The position numbers and the translations under genes are program-made. Below, piece after piece: positions 11,856 through 21,703 of a stretch of 64,000 bases of DNA. The stretch covers positions 33,878 through 97,877 of the forward strand of contig JAADVB010000043.1 in assembly GCA_023334545.1 (NCBI GenBank), read 5' to 3'. The notes below the pieces were generated by a model. That model had not been told where the DNA came from. It saw only the letters and a program-made list of their open reading frames with translations, and did no database searches. The DNA is from Salisapilia sapeloensis CBS 127946. Lineage: Eukaryota > Protista > Oomycota. The first letter of the stretch is position 1. Each line of letters starts with the position of its first letter.

Positions 11856-13247
11856 ATGGCGAATGGCGGGGGACCATCGACGAGACCAGCAGAGGCAGCC
11901 GACCAGAGTCAGGAGTCGGTGCGACTAGTACCGATTAAAAGCCAAGGCAGCAATGAAACCATTCACATGCACAATTCATCCCGTGAAGAGCTCCAGGCGC
12001 TATTACTACGTACGACGCAAGCGCTGGATAAAATCGTCACGATACGAGAGTCCATGGAAGAGTTTGTCGACTTTTCACAGTTCACATCCGTCCCACGCAC
12101 GTCTTCATCGAATCGTTCAGGCCGGTCGAATCTGCAGCGACACTCTAGTGAAGAAATTCCGGTCGCTGGAGGAGCTCCGAATGCAACTCGAACGACAGTG
12201 GCTTCCAGTTATGACAGTACGACCGGTTCTTCCGGGTCAGAGGACCCACTTCGATCGACGAACTCGACGAACTCAACAAACTCGGATGAAGAGACCTCTG
12301 GAGATGTTCCGAGTGAGCTCTTGACTGGTCATCCGAGACGCAATGGATCTCTCACTCGACTTGATGAAAGTGAAAGTGAGAACGACCTGGATGACGACCT
12401 GGATGACTTTAGAATACAGAACGATGGTAGCGAAGGCTCGATAGAAGGTAGTGATCGCATGTCAGAGTTTATATCGTCCGATCTATCGACATTTAAAGCT
12501 GAGCGACTGGAACGTATGACTCGATTGGAAGTGTCATATCATGACGGTCTTCCGCGAGAGTTCTTTAATGCACTAGGTAGATTCTTATATTCCCATGTGG
12601 AAGTCAAGACGAGGCATTCCAAGTTCAATTTCTACAAGGATGCTTTCGTCGGTGCAGACGCTGTTCGTGAACTCGTCGTCTGTGGCTTTTGCGAAGACCT
12701 ACCGAACGCACTGCGCATAGGCAATGTTCTCGTTCGACTTGGTTTGATTCAACACGTCTCGAGAACAGATGACCAACTGCATAACACCAAGGACAACTTT
12801 TACAGATTTACTCGAACCATTGAGCAGACCATCGATGAAGTAGAAGAAAGCGTCGGCGAGAGACAGAGTCACCAACGCATGTCCATCAACGCCATGACCC
12901 AGCGCGAGTCCATGTTGTCTCGTGAGGCATCTGCCACCATCCAATACGATTTCTCCAAGGCTTCCGATGAAGTCCATGCTCTCGTCGCGGAAGAAGTGCT
13001 TCCAGTCATCTCACGTGTGCTCCACAAGATCTTGGAGCGTAAGAACAAGTTGCTTCAGTACAAGGGCTTCGACGCCTGTTTCTTAGGGAGCGAAGCTGTT
13101 GGGACATTACGTGAATTAAGACTCGCGACGTCCGTAGTGGATGCTGTCCTGATAGGTCAGAGCCTACTGGACGACGGGATGGTAGAACCGATCCCGGCGA
13201 GCGTGACGACATTCCAGGACAAGTACATTTTCTATCGACTGGTTTAG
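11856..13247 (+). CDS. Protein with disordered N-terminus and two C-terminal DEP domains
   Basis: Two DEP-type repeats: KDAFVGADAVRELV..ALRIGNVLVRLGLIQHV..FYRF and DACFLGSEAVGTL..AVLIGQSLLDDGMVEPI..FQDKYIFYRL. Confidence 0.8.
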   Translation: MANGGGPSTRPAEAADQSQESVRLVPIKSQGSNETIHMHNSSREELQALLLRTTQALDKIVTIRESMEEFVDFSQFTSVPRTSSSNRSGRSNLQRHSSEEIPVAGGAPNATRTTVASSYDSTTGSSGSEDPLRSTNSTNSTNSDEETSGDVPSELLTGHPRRNGSLTRLDESESENDLDDDLDDFRIQNDGSEGSIEGSDRMSEFISSDLSTFKAERLERMTRLEVSYHDGLPREFFNALGRFLYSHVEVKTRHSKFNFYKDAFVGADAVRELVVCGFCEDLPNALRIGNVLVRLGLIQHVSRTDDQLHNTKDNFYRFTRTIEQTIDEVEESVGERQSHQRMSINAMTQRESMLSREASATIQYDFSKASDEVHALVAEEVLPVISRVLHKILERKNKLLQYKGFDACFLGSEAVGTLRELRLATSVVDAVLIGQSLLDDGMVEPIPASVTTFQDKYIFYRLV

Positions 13248-13391
13248 ATGGCGTCGTAGGTGTCTCTAGTGTATTTAACATTTCGGTTTGGTCGGAAGCG
13301 CTTGCGAAAGGGATAAGAGTAACGATACAGTTTTTGTCTTTATCCAAGTTCTTTGTACACTTCTACATGCCACCTAGACGACCAACGAGGC

Positions 13392-16300
13392 CTATCGTCC
13401 AGCAGTCGAACAGTCTGGAACCCACGGCGTCGTCGTCGAGTCCGTTGAACTCGTACTCAGCTGCTCACCGTCACTATGCGGGACGTTGCCGACGTGATCA
13501 AAGTGGGTCTCACCCTTGGCCAGCACGAGAGACAGCGAGTGTCCTCGCTGTCGCTCTTTATCGTCCGCATCTTTTGGCTGTTCCTTGCGCTTTCGGACGC
13601 GAAGACCTGTGGTATGCCGTCGCTGGACACGTCTCTCCAAGTCGCTTTCGATACCGACTAGATACCTGTGCATGGCATTGAGGAACCGCCGTCGATACGA
13701 GATCGGACTGATGACTGTCGGATTCCGGAACATAAGACTCGCTTTCGACGTTGACTCCATCTTCTTGAGAAAATCGAACTGGTGCAAGTAGTCGATCAGA
13801 CCAACAACCACACGTCGCTTCTCTTCTTCAAAAACCATCAAGATCGAGTAGTCCACGACGCCAGCGTAGCACAAGAACCCCGTATCGTTCGTCACCGCAG
13901 CTTCAAACATGTCCAAGTCCTTTTGGTAGACAGGTACGGGTATCCTTTCGGCCAAATTACCGTCCAAGAGCACTGGCTTCTCCGTCGTCAATTGGGCGTT
14001 CGAAATGGACTCGACGTCGCTCTCATCGTTACTTTCTTCATCACTCGACGTGTTATACCGACGTCGTAAAATACCTTTTAAGTCATACATCTGCGCACGT
14101 TGGAAACCGTATGCGAGATTCTCCATCACGACAACGTACGTCACGCGCTTCCCACCCTTCCGTCCTTGTGTGATCTTAAACAGCCCCAATACCTTACTCA
14201 ACACCGTCGGAGTGTCCTGTGCCAAGACACGTGCCATGAACTTGAAGTAGTGCGGAGCCATGTGCAAGAACATGTTAAACTCCGTCGCAGAGATACCTTT
14301 AAGCAAGTATCTCTTGTCCAGCGTCTTGCTGAACAAGGCACCAGACTTGCCTCCAGTCACTTCCCACGCGCGGCTCATCGACAACGAGTTGAGGAACTCC
14401 AAGTTACCAGGCTCAATCAACGCCCGAAGAGCGTGGAACTGCGCGGCGAAGAAACTCACGACCTGCACATCTCGCTGGACTGCATTCTCTTCGAAAAAGA
14501 ACTTAGAGTCGGTATGCTGGAGCTCACTCGAGCTGATTTGACTCAAGTACTGCTCCTTCCTCGCTTCGGATCCTGGAAACTCATACGTCGCATGCCTACT
14601 CCCTCTCTTCGCGTTCTGAATCGCTTCGTCACTACGCAACGTCTCTTCCAGTCGCAAGTCCGACGGTACGTCGATCGTATTGCCCAAGTACCCTTCCAAC
14701 TGCTCCACATACGCCTTCGACGTCAGTGTAAATGCGATGAGGGAGCCTAAATCCTTGTCTGACACACGGACGACGTAGCCATTGACGCCACGAGGTAGCT
14801 CCAAGTGTCCATCACGTAGCGTCTGTGGGATTTCATGGTACGTCCGAATGCGAATGGACTCTCCGGCAGGACCGTTGCTAGATGTCGATACAGGTCGAGC
14901 GTTGTCCAGTAGCGACGTCGTTCGATACGCCTTCTTCTTCTCTAAAGACCCACCGGCAGCCGTTAAGATCGCCGATAGATTATTCGGCGCACTACGACTC
15001 GATCGACTGACAGACACTTCTTTTGGTGAGCTCGTGAACCAATCTGGCGGGATCCGACGCTTCGTCGGAGATTCGACAAACACTTTCTTGATCGTCGCAT
15101 GGACAGAGGATGGAGCGAGGCCGATCATACTGTTATGTGCATCCATCGCTTCGTCAAATAACTCTTTCTTCAAGCTATTGCACTGCAAGACACAAGGCTT
15201 TGGATCTCGTTCCATCAAGTTTGCGAGCTTGACACGAAAGACGGCGGAAGAACTCTTGGTGCGTACACGTAGTTGCTCAATTTCATCTCGTGGCGTATGT
15301 GCATTCCCAGATAACATCTGAGCTGTCGAGACGAGACTGTCTTCTAGAATATCCAAGTTCGAGAGCACGACGGACGTCACGGCGTCGATGGCAGCCTCCA
15401 TATCGCGTTCGAATGAACGTAAAAAGTCGTTTTGAAAGTCTTCATTCACCACACCTTTCGGGTACATAGTGGCTGATACGAGATGATACGGTCGCCATGC
15501 ACGATGGTGTCGATGTCCACACTCGGTATTGGTGTTATCGGCTGGTGCGACGATCGAGCCTTCGTCCGTGGCGGTACTAGATCGCAATCGACGTAATGTC
15601 CTGGACCTGAAGAATCCATGTGAGCTACTGCTTTCTGAATCTTCGGCAAAGAACGATTCGCGACTGCGGATAATTAGTTCACTGATCGCAGACAGCCATT
15701 CCGACCGCGTGCGTGCATCGACGGCGTTCAGACGTAGCTTGTGATCTCCTTTGACCACGAGGAACTGGAACTGATGCGGATTTGTTGACTCTTCCACTTG
15801 CAGCGTTGTGTGTCGGTCGATTAAATCTTCTCGGATCTCGACCAAAGACGTCGCGTCCTTGAGACACACGAGAGAGCTCGTGTCAAGTCGGAGGTAGAAA
15901 TACCGAAGCTTCCAACTGCGTGAGAGGGATCGACGGAGACCCAGCCATCCTTCCATCTGAATGTCCTCGCCGTTCACGTGGACAGTCTCATAGTGCTCTG
16001 CTTTCCGAGATGTTGGTGGTAGTTGTAAATAGGACAAAAATGAATCGGAATGTGTTCGATAATATAGCTTTGGTGTCAAATCCGTGTCGTCATCTGGAGA
16101 CGGAGAAGCCTTGTCTGGGCTTTCATCCGTCAGCAATCGCGTTTCCGACGGAGGTCTCTTCACTCGCGTACGTATCCATCGTCTTCGTCGGACAAAATGG
16201 TAATAGTCTCGCTTACACTTGCTAGTTCCGGATGCTAGACGTTGGTTGATACGTTCGACGGAGGAGCCGTACGTCCACCCTTCTTCATCACACTGCGTGT

Positions 16301-16544
16301 ACTCGACGTCCGGTTGCCATGGATGACTCCACATCCATTCAGGTGGGATGGTATCAACTTCCGTCGTCACGTGCTTTTCATCCAAAGTATTCAGCCGGTC
16401 GTCGTCATCGGAGCCTAGGTTAGCCGCAGCAGACGTGAGGAGACGGAGGGTGCTTCCCCCTCGATCACAGAAGCGTTCAAAGACCCATCCGTGAAAAGGC
16501 TGAAAGGACTGGACTTCAAAGACCTCTTCGACTGCAGACTCCAT
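13392..16544 (-). CDS. Fab1/PIKfyve-like phosphatidylinositol phosphate kinase with N-terminal DysF and PH domains
   Basis: Intronless, 1050 aa. DysF: EVFEVQSFQPFHGW..WMWSHPW..DEEGWTYG..VRRRRWIR. PH: MEGWLGLRR..WKLRYFYL..EWLSAI. PIPK: SLIAFTL, FAAQFHALR, GGKSGALF..K, MENL, YDLKG, VDYS, GLIDY, PTVISP..YRRRF. No FYVE or TCP1/Cpn60-like domain visible. Confidence 0.85.
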   Translation of the reverse strand: MESAVEEVFEVQSFQPFHGWVFERFCDRGGSTLRLLTSAAANLGSDDDDRLNTLDEKHVTTEVDTIPPEWMWSHPWQPDVEYTQCDEEGWTYGSSVERINQRLASGTSKCKRDYYHFVRRRRWIRTRVKRPPSETRLLTDESPDKASPSPDDDTDLTPKLYYRTHSDSFLSYLQLPPTSRKAEHYETVHVNGEDIQMEGWLGLRRSLSRSWKLRYFYLRLDTSSLVCLKDATSLVEIREDLIDRHTTLQVEESTNPHQFQFLVVKGDHKLRLNAVDARTRSEWLSAISELIIRSRESFFAEDSESSSSHGFFRSRTLRRLRSSTATDEGSIVAPADNTNTECGHRHHRAWRPYHLVSATMYPKGVVNEDFQNDFLRSFERDMEAAIDAVTSVVLSNLDILEDSLVSTAQMLSGNAHTPRDEIEQLRVRTKSSSAVFRVKLANLMERDPKPCVLQCNSLKKELFDEAMDAHNSMIGLAPSSVHATIKKVFVESPTKRRIPPDWFTSSPKEVSVSRSSRSAPNNLSAILTAAGGSLEKKKAYRTTSLLDNARPVSTSSNGPAGESIRIRTYHEIPQTLRDGHLELPRGVNGYVVRVSDKDLGSLIAFTLTSKAYVEQLEGYLGNTIDVPSDLRLEETLRSDEAIQNAKRGSRHATYEFPGSEARKEQYLSQISSSELQHTDSKFFFEENAVQRDVQVVSFFAAQFHALRALIEPGNLEFLNSLSMSRAWEVTGGKSGALFSKTLDKRYLLKGISATEFNMFLHMAPHYFKFMARVLAQDTPTVLSKVLGLFKITQGRKGGKRVTYVVVMENLAYGFQRAQMYDLKGILRRRYNTSSDEESNDESDVESISNAQLTTEKPVLLDGNLAERIPVPVYQKDLDMFEAAVTNDTGFLCYAGVVDYSILMVFEEEKRRVVVGLIDYLHQFDFLKKMESTSKASLMFRNPTVISPISYRRRFLNAMHRYLVGIESDLERRVQRRHTTGLRVRKRKEQPKDADDKERQRGHSLSLVLAKGETHFDHVGNVPHSDGEQLSTSSTDSTTTPWVPDCSTAGR

Positions 16545-17131
16545 GATCGCCCGACCGGCAGGAAGGGATGTGACCCGTGAAAGTGAGGAGGAATGTGGAT
16601 GGTGAGGGAATCGCCCTCGAAACGTAGAAAGTCGGAACGAAAATTAAAGCGTTGACTGGACAACGGATCGTGTCAGCACAAATGCAGACGCTTGAATCTC
16701 CGTACGTACAACCTGAATGGCGAAAGTCTCGAGCGTATTTGTGCCCGTAAAGCTGAAGTTACGTCGACACAATTTGCGCCTTCCGTACGTATCACTTGGA
16801 TTACGAGCGGACACACACGGCCGTCGACGTGGACAGCGAAGTCGTTCTACAGAAGAAATGACGCACAAACGATCTTAATGCTCGCTACGGTGCTCGCCAC
16901 GATAACGCTTGTGAGTGCCACTCCGGTCAGCGTGCTGCCGATATGCCTTTTTCGCAGTAGCGTCCAATACCTTCAGTTGCTAATTTGCGCTTCCTGCACC
17001 AAACGCCATACGAAACAGAGTAGATTTAGCCAAAGTCTCAACAACTTGATTATTCCATACTTGGGGTGTTAGAAATCCAGGCGTCTATGTCTAACGGGTG
17101 GAAAGCTCGATGGATGCAGTCACCTGCAGCT

Positions 17132-18976
17132 TCATAGGTACGTGGCTTCACTAATAGTCTCAGGTGGAAGGTTGGCCTCGTTAGCAGGTCGTGTCGCCTC
17201 TTCTTTTATGTCTGGACTACTGGACTCGAACATGGATGCAGCGCTCACTTTGCCTCCAGTCTTCAAGGGACTGTCGCCACCTGTACTGGTGCGACGATGG
17301 CTCGCGCAGAGATTCGTAAGCAGTGGAATCAAGTACTTGTTATCGAATTGCAGAAGTTTCATGTGTTTATGCGGACGCACGTTCCGATCGAGTGCATGCT
17401 CTTCTTCTGGCTAGTGGATATGGAAACTTAGAGAATAGTATTTCGCATATGAAACAAACAAGCACGTACGCTCAGCTGTGGGATACCGAGGAAACGGAGC
17501 ATATAGACCGTACCACCACCCATGACAAAAATGGAGAGTAGGATGGTGACCATCGTCGTGGCGATGATCTCGTTTTGCTTTTCGCCCGGAAACGACTTGG
17601 CCAGTGCAAATGCCACAGCTCCTCGTAAGCCACTGTACCAGATCATGTGCTGCTGATTGAGCGTGATCCGGTGCTCATTACGACAGCAGTTAAGCAAAAA
17701 TGTTAGTGGGTAAACATGGCAGGCTCTGGAGACGAGGCAGAAGAGCGCTGTGAAGAGAATGAACCGGAGGTTGAATCCGCTTTCCAGTGCAAAGACAGAG
17801 AGGCCCAAGTCTACGAGACTGTTAATATGATTCGACTTGTGGTGGAAAAGAATGAGAACTAACTTAGAAAGACCATGGTTTCCGAGATGTGTGCCAGCGT
17901 GTTGAAGACACGAGAACAGCTAGATCAATGTTAAACAGTTGTAGCGAGAACAACATAAAGTAATAAACGTACACTTCCTGTGCCTCTGTCGAAAGGTTCG
18001 GAGATGCATAGTGTTTCATAGAGATGCCAGCAAAGATGATGGAAACCACTCCAGACATCTCGAGGACTTCGGACACTACAAACGGCAAGTAGGAGAACAT
18101 TATGTACACCCCAACTTCATGCAGCAGACAGGACTTGAGGTTACTGTACTTGAAGAGCAAGGCTGGTATCATACCAAAGGCGATACCGATCATCGTAGCA
18201 CCAGCAAAGATCAGCATAAACTCAACGATAGCCATCAGCATAGGCTCCATCGAGTATGAGTAGCCGATGAACTTGGAGAAAGTCGAGAAGAGGCAGATAG
18301 CAACAGCATCATTCAATGAGCTTTCACCAAACACAAGGTAGAATAGCGTAGGATCGACATGTAGCTCTTGGAAGACAGCTAAGACAGATACTGTGTCGGT
18401 GGCACTAATGAGAGATCCAAACGTAAGACTTTCCGCTAGGGATAATCTTGTTGTCCATCCTGCTCTGCCCACGATAAAGACTAGGAGACCAGTGACGATG
18501 CTCATGATCATGGTTCCAAAGATGGAGTAAGTCAAAATGGGCACGATGTTCGTGAAGAAGTATCGTCGCTTCATGGTGTATCCTGAATTAAAAATGATGG
18601 GAGGTAAGAGAGCAACGAAGAATACACTCGGATCGAATTGCATGAGCGATACGGAGATGGTGTCCGGTTTGAGTGCACATACAAGACTCGCTGCCATGCC
18701 GACGGCGATCGTTGCCCCTGCCTCTGGTAGGAAATGCCACTGTAGCTTGTACGTGACGAGGTTGCTGACAATTATCGACAGCATAAGCAGTAGTAACACT
18801 GCTGTTGCAAAGCTTGAGAGTTCATACTCGTCACTCTTGTGGGATTCAATGAGCACCTCGGGTATGCCGGATGGTGACATGGCCAACAAAGATGTTGCAA
18901 AGGTGTCACTCGGAAGGGTAGTCGGTGTAATCGAATGAAACGACACACGTTCAGTTTCCATTAATAGGCACACCAT
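17132..18976 (-). CDS. NHE: Na+/H+ exchanger (CPA1/NHE family)
   Basis: Many TM helices; FFVALLPPIIFNSGY, FGSLISATDTVSVL, LVFGESSLNDAVAI, YSGLRGAVAFALA. About four exons with short introns. Confidence 0.9.
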
Positions 18977-19049
18977 GAGTTCAATGTACTTGAAGCAAAG
19001 ACAAAAGTTTATTTATACATGCATGCATCTGTACAACTACCTAAAATGG

Positions 19050-20984
19050 TCAATCCACGATGGCATTCTCTGAAATGACTTCCAGACCTGATGCCGAATG
19101 GTTTCTGACAAAGTCTGGAGCGGACACGATCATCGGATTGTTGGAAGAGTTTGCTCTCGCAGATGAAATGTCGGATACGTTATAAAAACCATTGGTAGGA
19201 GGCATCACCCATGGACTGGGAGGTGCATAGTAGTAACGAGATTGACTGGAATGGGACATTGTAGAAGGTGTATCGATGGCATGTCGGTAGCTAGTTGGCT
19301 CGGCCGGACCAGATGTGAAGAACCGGACGACATCCTGCGGCGCAGTTCGCCATAACGTAGAGTCATCCCAAGATACATTGGGCGTTTCTGGCACTTCACA
19401 CTGCCTATTGAAATCCCATCCAAATGTGGATGCTGTCGTTGAGTACACTTGCTCCAGTTGCCATGCTAGCTCCGAGCTCTCTTCATGTTGTGGTCGACCT
19501 GTAGCACTAGTCCGTAGATGCTGCTGGTCGCTTACAAGAGCAGCGGGATCCGTATACGCTGCCGCGTCGTCTTCATCTTCTTCGTCTTCATCACGTAGAG
19601 CGTCTTGGACATTAACGTCGACGATGTAAGAGTCCAACTTGCGCTTACCAGTAAATGACGATCGTTCGCCTAGGTTAAAGTCCGTCGGCTCAAAGATCGA
19701 TGCATTTGGGTTCAGGGAGGAAGGTGAATGGATGGGCGTATCAGTGGCTGACGTTGGGACAGTCTCGACGCTGGAGTCGCTTCGGTTATCCAACTGGTCT
19801 TCCTCACCACTTGAGCTCGCCGTACAGGATGGGGCGTTGCATGATGAAGGAAAAGCAGCTTGTGAAGGAGACTGCGATCGCTGCGTTCGTGCTTTCTTCT
19901 TCTTACTCTTCTTCTTTTTCTTTTTCAAGGATGAGGATGACTTTGGCTCGTTCTTGGTAGACACTTCGAGTAGCAATGACTCCATTTGCTGTCGAGCTTC
20001 TTCTTCCAAGTGTGACAAGTAGCTTTTGAGAATCAACTATATCAACATATCGTTCATGAGTTTATAGACGCATTCTGTCTGCTGGAATGGAAACGCACCT
20101 GCTCCACAAGCATCGCAATGAGTCGTTCGTAATCTTCCCAGGAACTTATCGTTTCACTGTCTTTCACAAATAACGAAGTGAAGTGGTTCGTACTTAGAAT
20201 ATGTACACTTGTGAGAAAGTTAGGTAGCACGCTGTCGGCTAATTCGATCAGTCGATGCGGATCTTCCAACAGTTCATTCTTGACTGTAAGGATACCCGTC
20301 CCGACTTCCATGAACTCCATTCCTTCCAAAAGTTCATACGCTTTGTCCGAATCGAGGGACTGGGTTGATACATTTTGCAGTTTGGACGATCCTTGCTTTA
20401 TATCTTTCTCGAGGGATGTATACGTTTCTTCCGTGCTTGACGACGCAGCTGTCGACTCTTTGTCAATGTTCTTTGCAGCTTTCTGCTGAGATGTCTTCAG
20501 GTGGCGCTGCATGAGACCAACGCAAAGGAGACTCAAATTCAGCTTATACAGCTGCTTCACAACCTCAGGCTGATCGACAAACAGAATCTGCTGACGTTCG
20601 TCGGTACTTAGTCGAGCCCAATAGGCTCCAATACGCTGATGAGTTGTAGACGCATCCAATGCGGCTGTCGATGGTGGCTGAGGAGCAATCGCAGACATAC
20701 TGACCAGCTTCTTTTTCGTGTTTTTCTTGCTCGAGCTACTATGTCGAGTCTTTTTCCTTGCCTTCATCTGCTTCATACTACCAGAGGACCCATTTCCTTG
20801 TACTTGATTGTCCACAGCCGACGTATGCGTCCGAACCGCTAGGTATGCTTTCCAAATTGGAGCTACACAGTCCATCGAATTGGGCATGGCATGAGTCAGT
20901 ATTTCATTCATTGAAAATTGGAAGACGATCGTTCCAACGATGCATCCAACGTGAAAGAGATCATGCTAAACAATTACCACTCAT
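19050..20984 (-). CDS. Hypothetical protein with an NST1-like helical motif and a low-complexity, poly-Lys C-terminal half
   Basis: ORFs 20054-20911 and 19050-20036 join via GAGCAG|GTGCGT..TAG|TTGATT. Motif IGAYWARLSTDERQQILFVD resembles the FW..LS..ER..L pattern of NST1-type proteins. Start inferred from ATGAGTG|GTAATT. Confidence 0.6.
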
Positions 20985-21124
20985 TTCCTTGATGGCGATC
21001 TCCACGTAGAATGAGACTAAGCACCTCTTCGCGCACTAGTTCTTCTAGATTTTGTTCGCGTGTTTTGTTTTGTTGTTTTGATAGGCATCAGCCACCATCA
21101 GGTGTTAGGTGTTAAGCGATTCTC

Positions 21125-21427
21125 ATGGCGAGCGCAAGGGACCGAAAGGTGGCACAGGAGCTGAAGCAGGCTTGTGAAGAGACTGCAGAGCAAGCTATTG
21201 CTGCTACGAAAGCGTCTGGACAAGCGTCTCGAGTGCACCATAAAAATCGCAAGTTTGGTAGTCGCAAGGAGGCGATGGCAGCCAAGGTTTGGACAGGACA
21301 AAAGAATAGCATGTCGAGAAATTTAATACGAACTGGTGGGTAGATCGCTGCAGCAAAAGCTAAGCGAGAGGCAAAGGCTGAGCAGCGTGGTCAAAATGGG
21401 GGTGCCAGCGCTGAGAGCGATAAATAA
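21125..21427 (+). CDS. Small basic helical protein (81 aa), unknown function
   Basis: Exons 21125-21286 and 21344-21427, 57-nt GT-AG intron, in frame: ...SRKEAMAAK|IAAAKAKREAKAEQRGQNGGASAESDK*. Confidence 0.6.
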
Positions 21428-21703
21428 CAGGCTGTAGAGCATCCACTTGTGCCTCTGTCATCTTACTCTTAGAAGAGCCCTGTATCTCTCTGCTTCGTCC
21501 TGCGTATTTGGATAGGCGGAAACGTTCACTCGATATACTGAGGCTTACTTCTGCCCTCTACTCTACCTCCATGATCGGTTTCAAGATCGATGACTAGACT
21601 GTGTCGTCCGTTTCTTCTTTTCATGCGTTTTTCAATTCCCTCCAGGCGTCAATGATCACTTCTTTTTTATCGCTCAAGTGTTTCGAGTCTGTAGCAACAC
21701 AAA

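Noticed and set aside
13334-16225. Many 60-216 aa plus-strand ORFs opposite the PIP kinase (also opposite ABCA, PLD, ceramidase, CAMTA)
   Set aside because: Antisense or alternate-frame shadows of long coding genes; no motifs.
16644-17072. 126-aa plus-strand ORF with a hydrophobic stretch between PIPK and NHE
   Set aside because: TTG start, no motif, and no convincing spliced model; probably promoter and 3' UTR sequence.
19890-19930. CTT/T-rich tract as a microsatellite
   Set aside because: It is simply the poly-Lys coding stretch (KKKKKKSKKKK) of the minus-strand gene.
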